From Gammaproteobacteria bacterium (lineage in GTDB: Bacteria; Pseudomonadota; Gammaproteobacteria; SZUA-229), in NCBI GenBank assembly GCA_029881035.1, contig JAOUNI010000001.1, positions 28,924 through 92,923 on the forward strand: a stretch of 64,000 bases of DNA, read 5' to 3'. Positions 42,825 to 52,280 of the stretch are shown one piece after another; the first letter of the stretch is position 1; the number at the start of each line of letters is the position of its first letter. The translations under genes were made by a program, and so were the position numbers. The notes beneath the pieces were generated by a model. It did no database searches. It worked only from the letters and a program-made list of their open reading frames with translations, and was not told where the DNA came from.

Positions 42825-42850
42825 GTGCTGAAATTAATTAAGGAGACATT

Positions 42851-44212
42851 ATGTTTAATCTGAAACACATATTGATCATTTCATTTGCTGTAGCTACGCT
42901 GGCTACAGAACCAGTCATGGCTGGTTTGCCCGCTAGTGTAAATGGCGAGGCATTGCCAACACTGGCACCGCTGGTGGAGAAAACGCGACCTGCTGTGGTC
43001 AACATTGCTACCAGGGGGCGAACTAATGTTCAGAACAACCCATTATTGAACGATCCCTTCTTCCGACGTTTTTTTCAGGATTTTGGCAATGTACCGCAAC
43101 ATCGTGAGACCCGGAGTCTGGGGTCTGGTGTGGTTATCGATGCAGGCAAGGGCTTTATAGTTACCAATCATCATGTAGTTGATGGGGCAGATGAAATTCA
43201 AATTACCCTGTACGATGGTAAAGAATTTGCAGCTACTTTAGTAGGTTCTGATCCGGAGGCAGATGTGGCTTTGTTGAAAGTCGATGCAAAAAATCTCACT
43301 GAAATAGCGATGGCAGATTCCGACCAGTTGCGTGTTGGAGATTTTGCGGTAGCGATTGGTAATCCCTTCGGTCTGGGGCAGACCGTGACTTCGGGCATTG
43401 TGAGCGCTTTGGGTCGTACGGGTTTGGGCATAGAGGGTTATGAGGACTTTATTCAGACCGATGCCTCTATTAATCCCGGTAACTCCGGTGGTGCGCTGGT
43501 AAATTTGAATGGTGATTTGATTGGTATTAATACTGCGATTATCGCTGCCGGTGGTCAGGGTAATGTCGGTATTGGTTTTGCGATTCCGATTAATATGGTT
43601 CGCCAGATTGTTGATCAGCTAATCGAATTTGGTGAAGTGCGTCGTGGCATGCTGGGCGTTATTATGCAGAACTTAACACCCGAACTGGCTAAAGCTTTTG
43701 GACTTGATCTAAACAGTGGCGTGGTAATTTCCAAAGTAATTGAGGGTTCGGCTGCGGAAGAAGCCGGAGTTAAAGCCGGTGATGTGGTGGTCAGTATCAA
43801 TGGCGAACCAATTAAAAGCGCGTCGGCCATGCGTAATGCAGTGGGCATGTTACGTGTCGGTGAAAAAATGAAAATGGAAGTAATTCGAGATGATCGACGC
43901 AAGACTCTGACGGCAGTGATAAAAGATCAGGTGGATGAGAGCGTTGAAGGCAAGAAAGTTCATGAGCGTCTGGCGGGTGCGACCATTGAGCAATCGAATG
44001 AGGGGGGTGAAGTTTATCTGGTGGTAACCGAGGTTGAACAGAACAGCCCTGCCTGGCAATCAAGCCTGCGCAAAGGCGACATCATTCTTTCAGTGAACCG
44101 AAAGGCGGTGAAAACACTGGAAGAATTTAAGCAGGTTGTCGGTGATAAAAGTAAGCAGATTTTGCTGAATATTCAGCGTGGACGTTCGGCCCTGTTTATT
44201 CTTATTCAGTAA
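42851..44212 (+). CDS. degQ: Periplasmic serine endoprotease DegQ/DegP (two PDZ domains)
   Basis: TNHHV, DVALL and NPGNSGG catalytic triad; two PDZ domains. Confidence 0.93.
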   Translation: MFNLKHILIISFAVATLATEPVMAGLPASVNGEALPTLAPLVEKTRPAVVNIATRGRTNVQNNPLLNDPFFRRFFQDFGNVPQHRETRSLGSGVVIDAGKGFIVTNHHVVDGADEIQITLYDGKEFAATLVGSDPEADVALLKVDAKNLTEIAMADSDQLRVGDFAVAIGNPFGLGQTVTSGIVSALGRTGLGIEGYEDFIQTDASINPGNSGGALVNLNGDLIGINTAIIAAGGQGNVGIGFAIPINMVRQIVDQLIEFGEVRRGMLGVIMQNLTPELAKAFGLDLNSGVVISKVIEGSAAEEAGVKAGDVVVSINGEPIKSASAMRNAVGMLRVGEKMKMEVIRDDRRKTLTAVIKDQVDESVEGKKVHERLAGATIEQSNEGGEVYLVVTEVEQNSPAWQSSLRKGDIILSVNRKAVKTLEEFKQVVGDKSKQILLNIQRGRSALFILIQ

Positions 44213-44219
44213 GATTGTT

Positions 44220-44654
44220 TTAACTGCTGGGTGCATCGTGCACCCAGCGTTCTTTATGGCCGGTGGTTTCTTTTTTCCAGAAAGGTGCACGAGCTTTGAG
44301 TTCTTCGATTAAATAGCGACAGGCGGAAAAAGCATCTTCACGATGTGCCGACCAGGCCGCAGTGAGCACTATCGGGTCGCCGGGTTTGATGTCTCCAAAA
44401 CGATGGATGACCAGGCAGTCGACCAGTTCCCATTTATCTGTTGCTTCTTTGCACAGCCGATCGAGAAACTTTTGCGTCATTTCTGGATAGTGTTCCAGTG
44501 TCATGAGTTGCACATCGGTGCCAGCATTGAAGTCACGCATGGTACCGATAAAATTGGTACAGGCACCATAGCTGCCGGGGCATAGATGCTGATTCTGATA
44601 TTGCGCTAACTCCTTGAGCGGATCGAGTGCCTGTTCGTACAAATAGGCAGGCAT
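44220..44654 (-). CDS. moaE: Molybdopterin synthase catalytic subunit
   Basis: FIGTMRD, LEHYPEM, HRFG, SAHR, APFWKKE. Confidence 0.96.
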   Translation of the reverse strand: MPAYLYEQALDPLKELAQYQNQHLCPGSYGACTNFIGTMRDFNAGTDVQLMTLEHYPEMTQKFLDRLCKEATDKWELVDCLVIHRFGDIKPGDPIVLTAAWSAHREDAFSACRYLIEELKARAPFWKKETTGHKERWVHDAPSS

Positions 44655-44656
44655 CT

Positions 44657-44887
44657 TTAACCCCCGGTTACTGGCGGAAAGAAGGCAACCTCATCTCCAT
44701 CATTCACCACGTCATCTGGTTTGGCATAATCCATATTGATGGCGCATAGCGTATTAACAGGGTAGTCACGTGATGTGACCTGATCCCATATCTCACGGAT
44801 TGTGATGTTTGCTCTGGCTTCGATCTGGGTCGAATCCATACCCAACATTTCACGCAGGCTGGCAAAAAATTTAACTTGTATACTCAT
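44657..44887 (-). CDS. moaD: Molybdopterin synthase sulfur carrier subunit
   Basis: KFFASLRE..GDEVAFFPPVTGG C-terminus. Confidence 0.96.
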   Translation of the reverse strand: MSIQVKFFASLREMLGMDSTQIEARANITIREIWDQVTSRDYPVNTLCAINMDYAKPDDVVNDGDEVAFFPPVTGG

Positions 44888-45007
44888 GGCTAGCATATTA
44901 ACTTTTTTATTAATGGGCTGTCACGCTAGACGCTTTGATATTCACGGCTTTATGCCATGGCCGGCTCTTGTTATGCTAGTCATCAAGATAAACGTACAGA
45001 GAATGTT

Positions 45008-45484
45008 ATGACCGACAAATTGAATCATTTTAATGAACGTGGTGAAGCGCATATGGTGAAGGTGAGCAATAAAGCCTCAACCCACCGGCGTGCCGTAGCC
45101 GAAGGCAGTATCTACATGCAGGATGAAACTCTGCAGCGCATTCTCGATGGTGACAACAAAAAAGGTGATGTGCTAGCCGTGGCCCGCATAGCCGGCATCA
45201 TGGCTTCCAAAAAAACCGCCGAGCTGATTCCGCTGTGTCACCCACTAGCTTTATCTCATGTCGATATTGAACTGCTGCCAGACGAAACAACCGCCAGCGT
45301 GCTGTGTCGTGCCGCCGTAGAAACCATAGGCAATACCGGCGTTGAAATGGAAGCATTAACTGCGGTGCAGATTACACTGCTGACGATTTATGACATGTGC
45401 AAAGCCATGGATCGTGGTATGCGCATGAGCGACATAAGGCTGCTGAATAAATCGGGTGGCAAATCAGGTGAGTGGCAGCGTTAG
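45008..45484 (+). CDS. moaC: Cyclic pyranopterin monophosphate synthase
   Basis: [40 protein letters not shown]. Confidence 0.97.
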   Translation: MTDKLNHFNERGEAHMVKVSNKASTHRRAVAEGSIYMQDETLQRILDGDNKKGDVLAVARIAGIMASKKTAELIPLCHPLALSHVDIELLPDETTASVLCRAAVETIGNTGVEMEALTAVQITLLTIYDMCKAMDRGMRMSDIRLLNKSGGKSGEWQR

Positions 45485-46549
45485 ATGGTGGCTGGTCAGT
45501 TAAGTAGCAACGCCAGTTTTGCGGATCAGGTGCTGGCCTGGTTTGATCAGCATGGCCGCCATGACCTGCCATGGCAAAAAAATCGAAATCTCTATCGAGT
45601 TTGGCTGGCTGAAGTCATGCTCCAGCAAACCCAGGTGGCGACGGTCATCCCTTATTACCTGAATTTTCTAACGAAATTCCCCGACCATCCCCATCTTGCC
45701 AGTGCTTCACTGGATGAGGTCTTAACGCTGTGGGCAGGTCTGGGCTACTACACGCGTGCCCGTAACCTGCACAAGGCTGCCATTGCCATACAGGAGCAAC
45801 ATCAGGGGCAGTTTCCCGAGTCATTTGAAGAGGTGCTGGCACTGCCTGGCATTGGTCGTTCCACGGCGGCGGCGATACTGGCGCAGTCACTAGGGCAGCG
45901 ACACGCCATTCTCGATGGCAACGTCAGACGGGTATTGAGCCGCTATTTCGCTATTGAGGGCTGTGCTGGGAAAAAAGAGGTTGAGAATAGCCTTTGGCAG
46001 AAAGCCGAAATTTGCACACCCTACGAACGACTGGCCGATTATACGCAGGCAATGATGGATCTGGGCGCCACCGTCTGTACCCGATCATCCCCTGATTGTA
46101 GTCATTGCCCAATCATGAATGGCTGCCGGGCAGTAAAATATCAGAGAGTTAATGAACTGCCCACGCCCAGACCCAAAAAACAGATACCTGTTAAAACGGT
46201 GCGCATGTTATTGCTGACCAATAAAGATGGTGAGCTGTTACTGGAAAAACGCCCGCCTACCGGCATCTGGGGTGGACTATGGAGCTTGCCCGAGCTGGCG
46301 CTGGAAGATGATGTGGCACAGGCCTGTGAGCAGCGTTGGGGGTGTCAGATTGATCATTTTGAAGACCAGGCTGGTTTAAGGCACACTTTTAGCCATTATC
46401 ATCTTGATATAACACCCTGCAGAACTCACGTAATAAAGTCCTCATTAGACGTGCGTGAGCCCGGTCAACAGCGTTGGTGCAATGCGGATAATTACAAAGA
46501 ACATGCGCTGGCAACACCGGTAGCCAGTATTTTGCGTCAGTATCTGTAA
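45485..46549 (+). CDS. mutY: A/G-specific adenine glycosylase
   Basis: EVMLQQTQV, WAGLGYY, LPGIGRSTA, DGNVRR; Fe-S cluster Cys motif CTRSSPDCSHCPIMNGC. Confidence 0.98.
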   Translation: MVAGQLSSNASFADQVLAWFDQHGRHDLPWQKNRNLYRVWLAEVMLQQTQVATVIPYYLNFLTKFPDHPHLASASLDEVLTLWAGLGYYTRARNLHKAAIAIQEQHQGQFPESFEEVLALPGIGRSTAAAILAQSLGQRHAILDGNVRRVLSRYFAIEGCAGKKEVENSLWQKAEICTPYERLADYTQAMMDLGATVCTRSSPDCSHCPIMNGCRAVKYQRVNELPTPRPKKQIPVKTVRMLLLTNKDGELLLEKRPPTGIWGGLWSLPELALEDDVAQACEQRWGCQIDHFEDQAGLRHTFSHYHLDITPCRTHVIKSSLDVREPGQQRWCNADNYKEHALATPVASILRQYL

Positions 46550-46648
46550 TAGAGGCACGATAGCTGCGCTAATGACTTGACTCGTAGCGGGTGAGAGGCT
46601 TAAATACGCATCCTCTGAGCAGTTCTGCTTAGATCGCTTACAGCATAC

Positions 46649-46724
46649 GGCCGAATAGCTCAGTTGGTAGAGCAGCGGATTGAAAATCCGCGTGTCGCTG
46701 GTTCAATTCCAGCTTCGGCCACCA
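46649..46724 (+). tRNA. tRNA-Phe (GAA)
   Basis: Acceptor stem GGCCGAA/TTCGGCC-ACCA; anticodon arm GCGGA-TTGAAAA-TCCGC. Confidence 0.98.
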
Positions 46725-46880
46725 TTTTTTTACCTTCGTTCATACTCTTTCAATATAGAAACAATTGCTCTCTGGCTCGGGTTTTGCTATTTTGGCTATT
46801 CTTTGAACCAATGCAAAAGCGTAACTGCCGAATTGACCGATATCACTGAAACAAAATATCTAAAGAGTATTTCACCACCT

Positions 46881-47576
46881 ATGGCGCCCAAGAATAATCT
46901 CCTCAGATTTCTCGCTCACATCGTGTTGCTGTTCATGTTGGGGTCCTATGCATTCGCTACTGCAGAAACGCTCTATATTAGCGATGAACTCAAGGTTGCA
47001 TTGCGTAGCGGAGCAAGCACGCAACACCGTATCATATCTTTCCTTACCAGTGGCGCAGAGTTAAGTGTGCTGGAAACTAGTGTCGACGGTGACTTCTATC
47101 GCGTCAACGTCGATGGTAAAGAAGGCTGGGTAAAAGCCGAATATGTGATGAAATCGGCCAGTGCGCGTGCACAGTTACCGGTGCTTAATAAACGCATTGA
47201 TGTGCTTAAGGCCGACATCAGGAGCGAAAAAGCTACAACGGCTGAGCTTAGCGCGCGTATCAAACAACTCGAAGAAGATAAGCGCGCATTGGAAAAAACT
47301 CGCGACGGCATCAATGACTCGCTGGAAAATCTCAAGCAGGTTGCAGCAAAACCATTTGCCATTGCTCAACAGAACAAGGAGCTAGAAGCTGAGCTGGCGA
47401 AAATTGGCAATGAGCTCGCATTTTTACAGAACGAAAATGCGTTCCTGCGTGATCGCAATATTAAGGAATGGTTCATGATCGGCGGCGGTGTGTCGCTTGC
47501 AAGCCTGTTCTTCGGACTGATCATTCCGAACATCCGTTGGCGCCGCAAACGCGATAGCTGGGGTGGCGGGATCTAA
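46881..47576 (+). CDS. ygiM: SH3-domain protein, TIGR04211/YgiM family
   Basis: Signal peptide, YISDEL..LRSG, EGWV, coiled coil, C-terminal WFMIGGGV TM with basic tail. Confidence 0.88.
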   Translation: MAPKNNLLRFLAHIVLLFMLGSYAFATAETLYISDELKVALRSGASTQHRIISFLTSGAELSVLETSVDGDFYRVNVDGKEGWVKAEYVMKSASARAQLPVLNKRIDVLKADIRSEKATTAELSARIKQLEEDKRALEKTRDGINDSLENLKQVAAKPFAIAQQNKELEAELAKIGNELAFLQNENAFLRDRNIKEWFMIGGGVSLASLFFGLIIPNIRWRRKRDSWGGGI

Positions 47577-47588
47577 TAATTCGATATT

Positions 47589-47622
47589 AATAAAAACGCC
47601 CCATAGTTGGGGCGTTTTTATT
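47589..47622. terminator. Bidirectional intrinsic terminator
   Basis: AATAAAAACGCCCCA-TAGT-TGGGGCGTTTTTATT. Confidence 0.9.
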
Positions 47623-47668
47623 TGTACAAGCTAAATTTTATGGAATAAACCAGAACAGGACATAGCAA

Positions 47669-48109
47669 TCAGAGATCTTCAAAGACGAGAACTGTAAACA
47701 GGGCTTTTACTTTGTCAGTGACCATATTTTTATCTATATAACTAATGCCTAGTGGTGTTTTCGCAACCCAGTCAAGAACATCTGCGTGGCTGTTTAGTTC
47801 ATCAGGTGCGCCTTTTTTACCGGTGGATTTCTTGCGTGCCCAGTAACGTTCGTGTCTCGTTTCTCCCATTTTAAGTACATACTCAAGAAAGTATTTACGA
47901 TCCGGGCTACCGTTAGAGTGGTTGGCTGGAATAGCTTTGTGACCACTAGGAAATGTGGTGGCTTCGCCAAGGAATATTTCTTTGACCATCTCTTCATTAA
48001 GTTCGCCACCGTCATAGTCCGGATGAACAATAATAGCTAGCTCAGCATACGCTGTTGTACTACTGGTAATAATCAGCAATATAAAAAAACTTATCAATTT
48101 TTTAAACAT
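47669..48109 (-). CDS. Small periplasmic binding-protein-like protein (phosphate ABC SBP-like), copy 2
   Basis: Signal peptide; AIIVHP..IFLG..FPSG..YW..TGK..P..VAKTP.GISYI. Confidence 0.8.
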   Translation of the reverse strand: MFKKLISFFILLIITSSTTAYAELAIIVHPDYDGGELNEEMVKEIFLGEATTFPSGHKAIPANHSNGSPDRKYFLEYVLKMGETRHERYWARKKSTGKKGAPDELNSHADVLDWVAKTPLGISYIDKNMVTDKVKALFTVLVFEDL

Positions 48110-48289
48110 GCGGTCTATTCTCCAAAATGTGTAGAGGTAAAAATTCTGTTATAAATTTCAATTCAAATAGATCTGCTAATGAGTAAATGTGCTTATTGTA
48201 TATTCGTATTAAGAATTTGAAAATTTATAGATCTGAAGAGAAAGACTGAGTTTTCTAGAGCTTCTCCCTGTAATCACAGAATAATTTAA

Positions 48290-48730
48290 TTAAACAGCAT
48301 CAAAGCCGGAAATTGTCAATAATACTTTTACGGTATTATTGACTTTGCTGGAATCGATATAACTTATGCTACCGGGTGTATTAGCAACAGATTTCAATAC
48401 AGCTTCGTAAGAATCCCGCTCAGTTGGTGAATGTCCAGTGCCTTTTGATATCTTGCGTTGCCAGTGACGTGTATGATTTGATTCAGGCATGTTCAGGACG
48501 GATGAAAAAAACTCTTTACGATCTGGGCTACCAACAACATGGTTAATTGGAATTGCATGAACTCCATTCGGGAAAGATTTACGCTCACCAAGGAATAATT
48601 TTCTTACATTCAGGATATCGATTTTGCCAGTATCAGAGCTGGGGTGGGTAATAATTGCCAGATCTGCACAAGCGGCAGTGCTGATAAAGAGGACAAACGA
48701 TGCGGTAAGAATTCTCAGTTTGGTAAACAT
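48290..48730 (-). CDS. Small periplasmic binding-protein-like protein (phosphate ABC SBP-like), copy 1
   Basis: Same length (146 aa) and motifs as 47669..48109 (NH..GSPDRK, TP.SISYID). Confidence 0.8.
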   Translation of the reverse strand: MFTKLRILTASFVLFISTAACADLAIITHPSSDTGKIDILNVRKLFLGERKSFPNGVHAIPINHVVGSPDRKEFFSSVLNMPESNHTRHWQRKISKGTGHSPTERDSYEAVLKSVANTPGSISYIDSSKVNNTVKVLLTISGFDAV

Positions 48731-49197
48731 GATATTTTACTCCTGGAGTATCAATAAGTTTGAGGAATGGCATTTGTGCCAATATTTATTTGATGATTTT
48801 AAACATTTGAATTTTGCCAGTGCTAATGGTCACCGTAAGGGTGGTTCCTGATAGCATGGGAAATAATGGTATGGCATGATGTGAGGTAATCATTAAAACT
48901 ACAGATTCAGAAAAGCTAACACTAATTCTCCCATGGTTAGTATATTACTATATTAGAAAATTGCATTAATTCGGCGGTGAGAGGTTGTAAAAAGCCGATA
49001 AAGTGTATAAAAAATTAGTTAGAGTGAATGAGCTTAACTAAAGTGGCCCTGAATCGTGGTCAAGTAGATATTGCATTGATAAGATTCACGCTGTCATATG
49101 GCATATTGTCAAAAAAGCAATCGCTAATTCTATAGATATTATTGCCATGATGATTAAATCTGCTTAGGAGCTACATGCTCCCTTCAAATTAGAGATA

Positions 49198-50484
49198 ATG
49201 ATTAGAATAGAGAAAATCGGGGTCTGTCTATTATCTCTGCATATATTATTTTTTATGCCTGTGGCAAATGCCCTTATTTCGAATGAAACTGTCTGGTATG
49301 AAAAAGATGTTAATGATCAGCCAGTAATTCATTTATATTTTTTCTGGTCTAATGAATGTCCGCATTGCCTTAAGGCGAGGCCAGATATTATTGAGATGGA
49401 TAAAGAATACCCCTGGTTAAAATTGGACTCACTTGAGCTGATTCAGCATCCTGAAAACAGACAAATATTTGAAAATATGGCTACAACGTTGGGGCGTGAT
49501 GTGCGTAGTGTGCCTACTTTTATGTTCTGTGGGAATTTAATTAGCGGATATGATAATAAAAACACTACTGGTCAGTTATTAAGAACTTATTTGCAAGCAT
49601 GCTATCAGTTTGTCAGAGAAAATAATCCTGATAATTCGACACATTTTATACTGGATGCAAATGAATTAACATCGATTGAGATACCTGTCCTTGGGACAGT
49701 GTCATCAGATGATTATTCATTGCCAGTGTTGACCCTGTTTATTGCGGGTATGGATGCATTTAATCCCTGTGCTTTTTTTGTCTTGTTATTTCTGTTGAGT
49801 ATGATGGCGCATGCTCGTAGCCGGAGCAGGATGGCATTAATCGGTGGCATTTTTGTATTTTTCTCGGGTGCTATATATTTCCTGTTTATGGCAGCGTGGT
49901 TAAATTTATTTATTTATCTGGGAGAGTTGCGAATAATTACATTACTGGCAGGCGTAGTTGCCATTTTTATTTCACTAATAAATATCAAAGACTATTTCTG
50001 GTTTAAAAAAGGGGTGTCATTAAGTCTGTCTGATCAGGCAAAACCAGAATTGTTTGATCGTATACGTTATTTGTTAAGGCTTGATTCAGTAATTACGGCT
50101 ATTTTTGCGACGGTTGTACTGGCTGTTGTCGCCAATAGTTATGAATTATTATGTACGGCTGGATTTCCCATGGTGTATACACGAATTCTGACTTTAAAGA
50201 TGTTGCCAGTCGAGAGTTATTATTTGTATCTTTTGTTATACAACCTGGTTTATGTCATTCCTTTGTTGGTTATTGTTGCTCTGTTCACGGTAAAACTAGG
50301 TTCCAGGAAACTATCAGAGCGTGAAGGTATGGTATTAAAATTGTTGTCCGGTGTTATGATGTTAGTGCTAGGTTCGTTGCTGGTGGTGGCACCACAATTA
50401 TTAAATAATATTGTGGCGGCAGCAATAATGCTGGTGTTTTCTGTTAGTGTTACCTGGCTAATTACTAAAGTAAAGAAAAGATAA
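49198..50484 (+). CDS. Thioredoxin/glutaredoxin domain fused to a CcdA/DsbD-like membrane domain
   Basis: FWSNECPHC and SVPT (cis-Pro loop); TM domain with DAFNPCAF and YELLCTAGFP cysteines. Confidence 0.8.
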   Translation: MIRIEKIGVCLLSLHILFFMPVANALISNETVWYEKDVNDQPVIHLYFFWSNECPHCLKARPDIIEMDKEYPWLKLDSLELIQHPENRQIFENMATTLGRDVRSVPTFMFCGNLISGYDNKNTTGQLLRTYLQACYQFVRENNPDNSTHFILDANELTSIEIPVLGTVSSDDYSLPVLTLFIAGMDAFNPCAFFVLLFLLSMMAHARSRSRMALIGGIFVFFSGAIYFLFMAAWLNLFIYLGELRIITLLAGVVAIFISLINIKDYFWFKKGVSLSLSDQAKPELFDRIRYLLRLDSVITAIFATVVLAVVANSYELLCTAGFPMVYTRILTLKMLPVESYYLYLLLYNLVYVIPLLVIVALFTVKLGSRKLSEREGMVLKLLSGVMMLVLGSLLVVAPQLLNNIVAAAIMLVFSVSVTWLITKVKKR

Positions 50485-50509
50485 TTTATTTAGTCTTTTG
50501 AGTATTGTG

Positions 50510-50881
50510 TTATTTAGGGCGGTTCTTTTTTTCTAGCGCCGTGGCATCAAAAATTATATTCCCCCAGCCGTATTTCATGAAAGTTCGGATATTTATATGA
50601 TCGATAGCATCGGGATGTTTTAATACATCATCACGATAATAACGGCCAAAACAATTTAAAGTTTGTTCTTTATCTAATTTATGCATCAGTGCAAATGAAA
50701 ATATTTTACAGGAACCCTCATTTTCACCTGCCTTGCTGACGATGAAGTCGTGATCAGGGCCGTTGCGAAATGACGTTGGACTGTAGTTATAAGATTTATC
50801 GATATAATTTATTATGTCTTCAAATTCTATGCTTTCAGACTGTGATTTGATTTTTTCTATTAATGTCTCTGAATGTTTCAT
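50510..50881 (-). CDS. HopJ-family protein of unknown function
   Basis: AGENEGSCKIFSFA, CFGRYYR.DVL..P...DH.NIR.FM..GW. Confidence 0.85.
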   Translation of the reverse strand: MKHSETLIEKIKSQSESIEFEDIINYIDKSYNYSPTSFRNGPDHDFIVSKAGENEGSCKIFSFALMHKLDKEQTLNCFGRYYRDDVLKHPDAIDHINIRTFMKYGWGNIIFDATALEKKNRPK

Positions 50882-50949
50882 GATGTGTTTGTATAAGTAG
50901 TTTTGTATTTTAAGCTTGAAAGGATAATGCTTGCTGGTGATGGTGAAAA

Positions 50950-52263
50950 TTAATGTGGATGAATGTTCAGTTCCAGTTCGATTATTTTTAGATTATAAAA
51001 ACGCACTGCATTTGACAGATTAAATATTAATGTTAACTGTGAGATTATAAACAATAATGCGGCCGGATAATAAAACCATTGTGGCCAGTTGGTTGCTAGT
51101 GCCAGCAATATCAGGCTGGCCAGATGAAAACGAAATTGCCAAAGACCCGCCGTTTCAGGAATAATCTTGCGCATGTGTGGTACTTTGACCTGAGACTCCC
51201 TTTTTCCCTGGTCACGTAAATTTTTATTATGCGTACTGAGATGTAACCAGATTAAAAATGGGAATATTTTGTACATCATGCCATTCACGGTGCTCATGGC
51301 AAATCCGAAAATCATTAACACACCTAACAGAAATATGGGTGTATTAGCCTGGATTAACGTTGGTATTAACCAGGTCAATGCGAGAAATATGAGGCTGATC
51401 ATGGCGAGCTGCCAGAAGTTCATGGTCAGGTCGGCAAGCTGGCGCCGTCGTGTTTGTAACACCCATAAAGTAGTGACTGCGAAAGTCAGCAAGCAGGTTG
51501 CAAGCAGTGCGCTGGTAATGGTGTTCAATATTGTCAGTGGCCAGAAATAAGTCAGGCTCAGCGTCAGCAGGGTGACAAAGACTATCCAGCCGATCCAGCG
51601 TTGATGTAGAACAGGATACTCATCAGTAATCTGGAACATGGGAATAACCTGATAGGCTACAGCCATGATCAACAGTGCTACCCAGCCCAGCAACCCCCAG
51701 CTTAAATGCAGATCGGTCAGATGCCGTGACAGCGGCCATGTTTGGTTGGCATAACCCATGGCCAGATAGAGGCCGAAGATGGCTGTGATAAACAGAGCCA
51801 ATAGTGCTAGTAACATCATGCCGCGTGTGGCGTGCTGGTTTTTTGAGCGCAATAAACGCTCTGTTGCCATAAGGATAAATACGCTAAAAGAAAAAGCCAG
51901 CGATGCCATAGCAATGATGAACAGTGTATTGATGTGTAGTAACCAGGCGATGCCAAGACTGGCGCTACCGAGAAATAATGAGGCATGAATAATGCTGCTG
52001 AAAAATATGGGTCGTGGGATCATTATGCCCATTAATACGGGCATAAGTTGCATCATGGCACCACACATACTCATAGCGAGAAAACCCAGAGTCAGAAAAT
52101 GGGTGACGGCCAGCAGCTCGGGTGTCCAGCGGTTAGTGAATATTTCCGGACCATACCAGAGCATGACTAGTGCCGCAGCCAGGCCAAATAACGGTGCGCT
52201 GATGAAGAATCGTGCAGGTACGGAAAAGGGTGGAGATTGCTGGAGTGATAGATTGGCGTGCAT
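50950..52263 (-). CDS. Polytopic (~12 TM) His-containing membrane protein of unknown function
   Basis: AVTHFLTLG..GAMMQLMPV, DLHLSWGLLGW..YQVIPMF and GMMYKIFPFLIWLH repeats. Confidence 0.8.
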   Translation of the reverse strand: MHANLSLQQSPPFSVPARFFISAPLFGLAAALVMLWYGPEIFTNRWTPELLAVTHFLTLGFLAMSMCGAMMQLMPVLMGIMIPRPIFFSSIIHASLFLGSASLGIAWLLHINTLFIIAMASLAFSFSVFILMATERLLRSKNQHATRGMMLLALLALFITAIFGLYLAMGYANQTWPLSRHLTDLHLSWGLLGWVALLIMAVAYQVIPMFQITDEYPVLHQRWIGWIVFVTLLTLSLTYFWPLTILNTITSALLATCLLTFAVTTLWVLQTRRRQLADLTMNFWQLAMISLIFLALTWLIPTLIQANTPIFLLGVLMIFGFAMSTVNGMMYKIFPFLIWLHLSTHNKNLRDQGKRESQVKVPHMRKIIPETAGLWQFRFHLASLILLALATNWPQWFYYPAALLFIISQLTLIFNLSNAVRFYNLKIIELELNIHPH

Positions 52264-52280
52264 GTAGTACTGAAGAATAT

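Noticed and set aside
44888-45007. Moco riboswitch or ModE box between moaD and moaC
   Set aside because: Short AT-rich spacer with no recognisable riboswitch structure or ModE consensus.
46664-46880. ORF-track starts at 46664 and 46680
   Set aside because: Both begin inside tRNA-Phe; the ygiM signal peptide supports the ATG at 46881.
48971-49001. sigma28 promoter (GCCGATAA)
   Set aside because: No TAAA -35 element at the required spacing.
49076-49089. Third FNR box TTGAT-AAGA-TTCAC
   Set aside because: No -10 element at class II spacing; the right half-site is weak.
50510-50881. Type III secretion effector / pathogenicity trait
   Set aside because: The family name is historical, homologues occur in non-pathogens, and no type III secretion genes are in the window.
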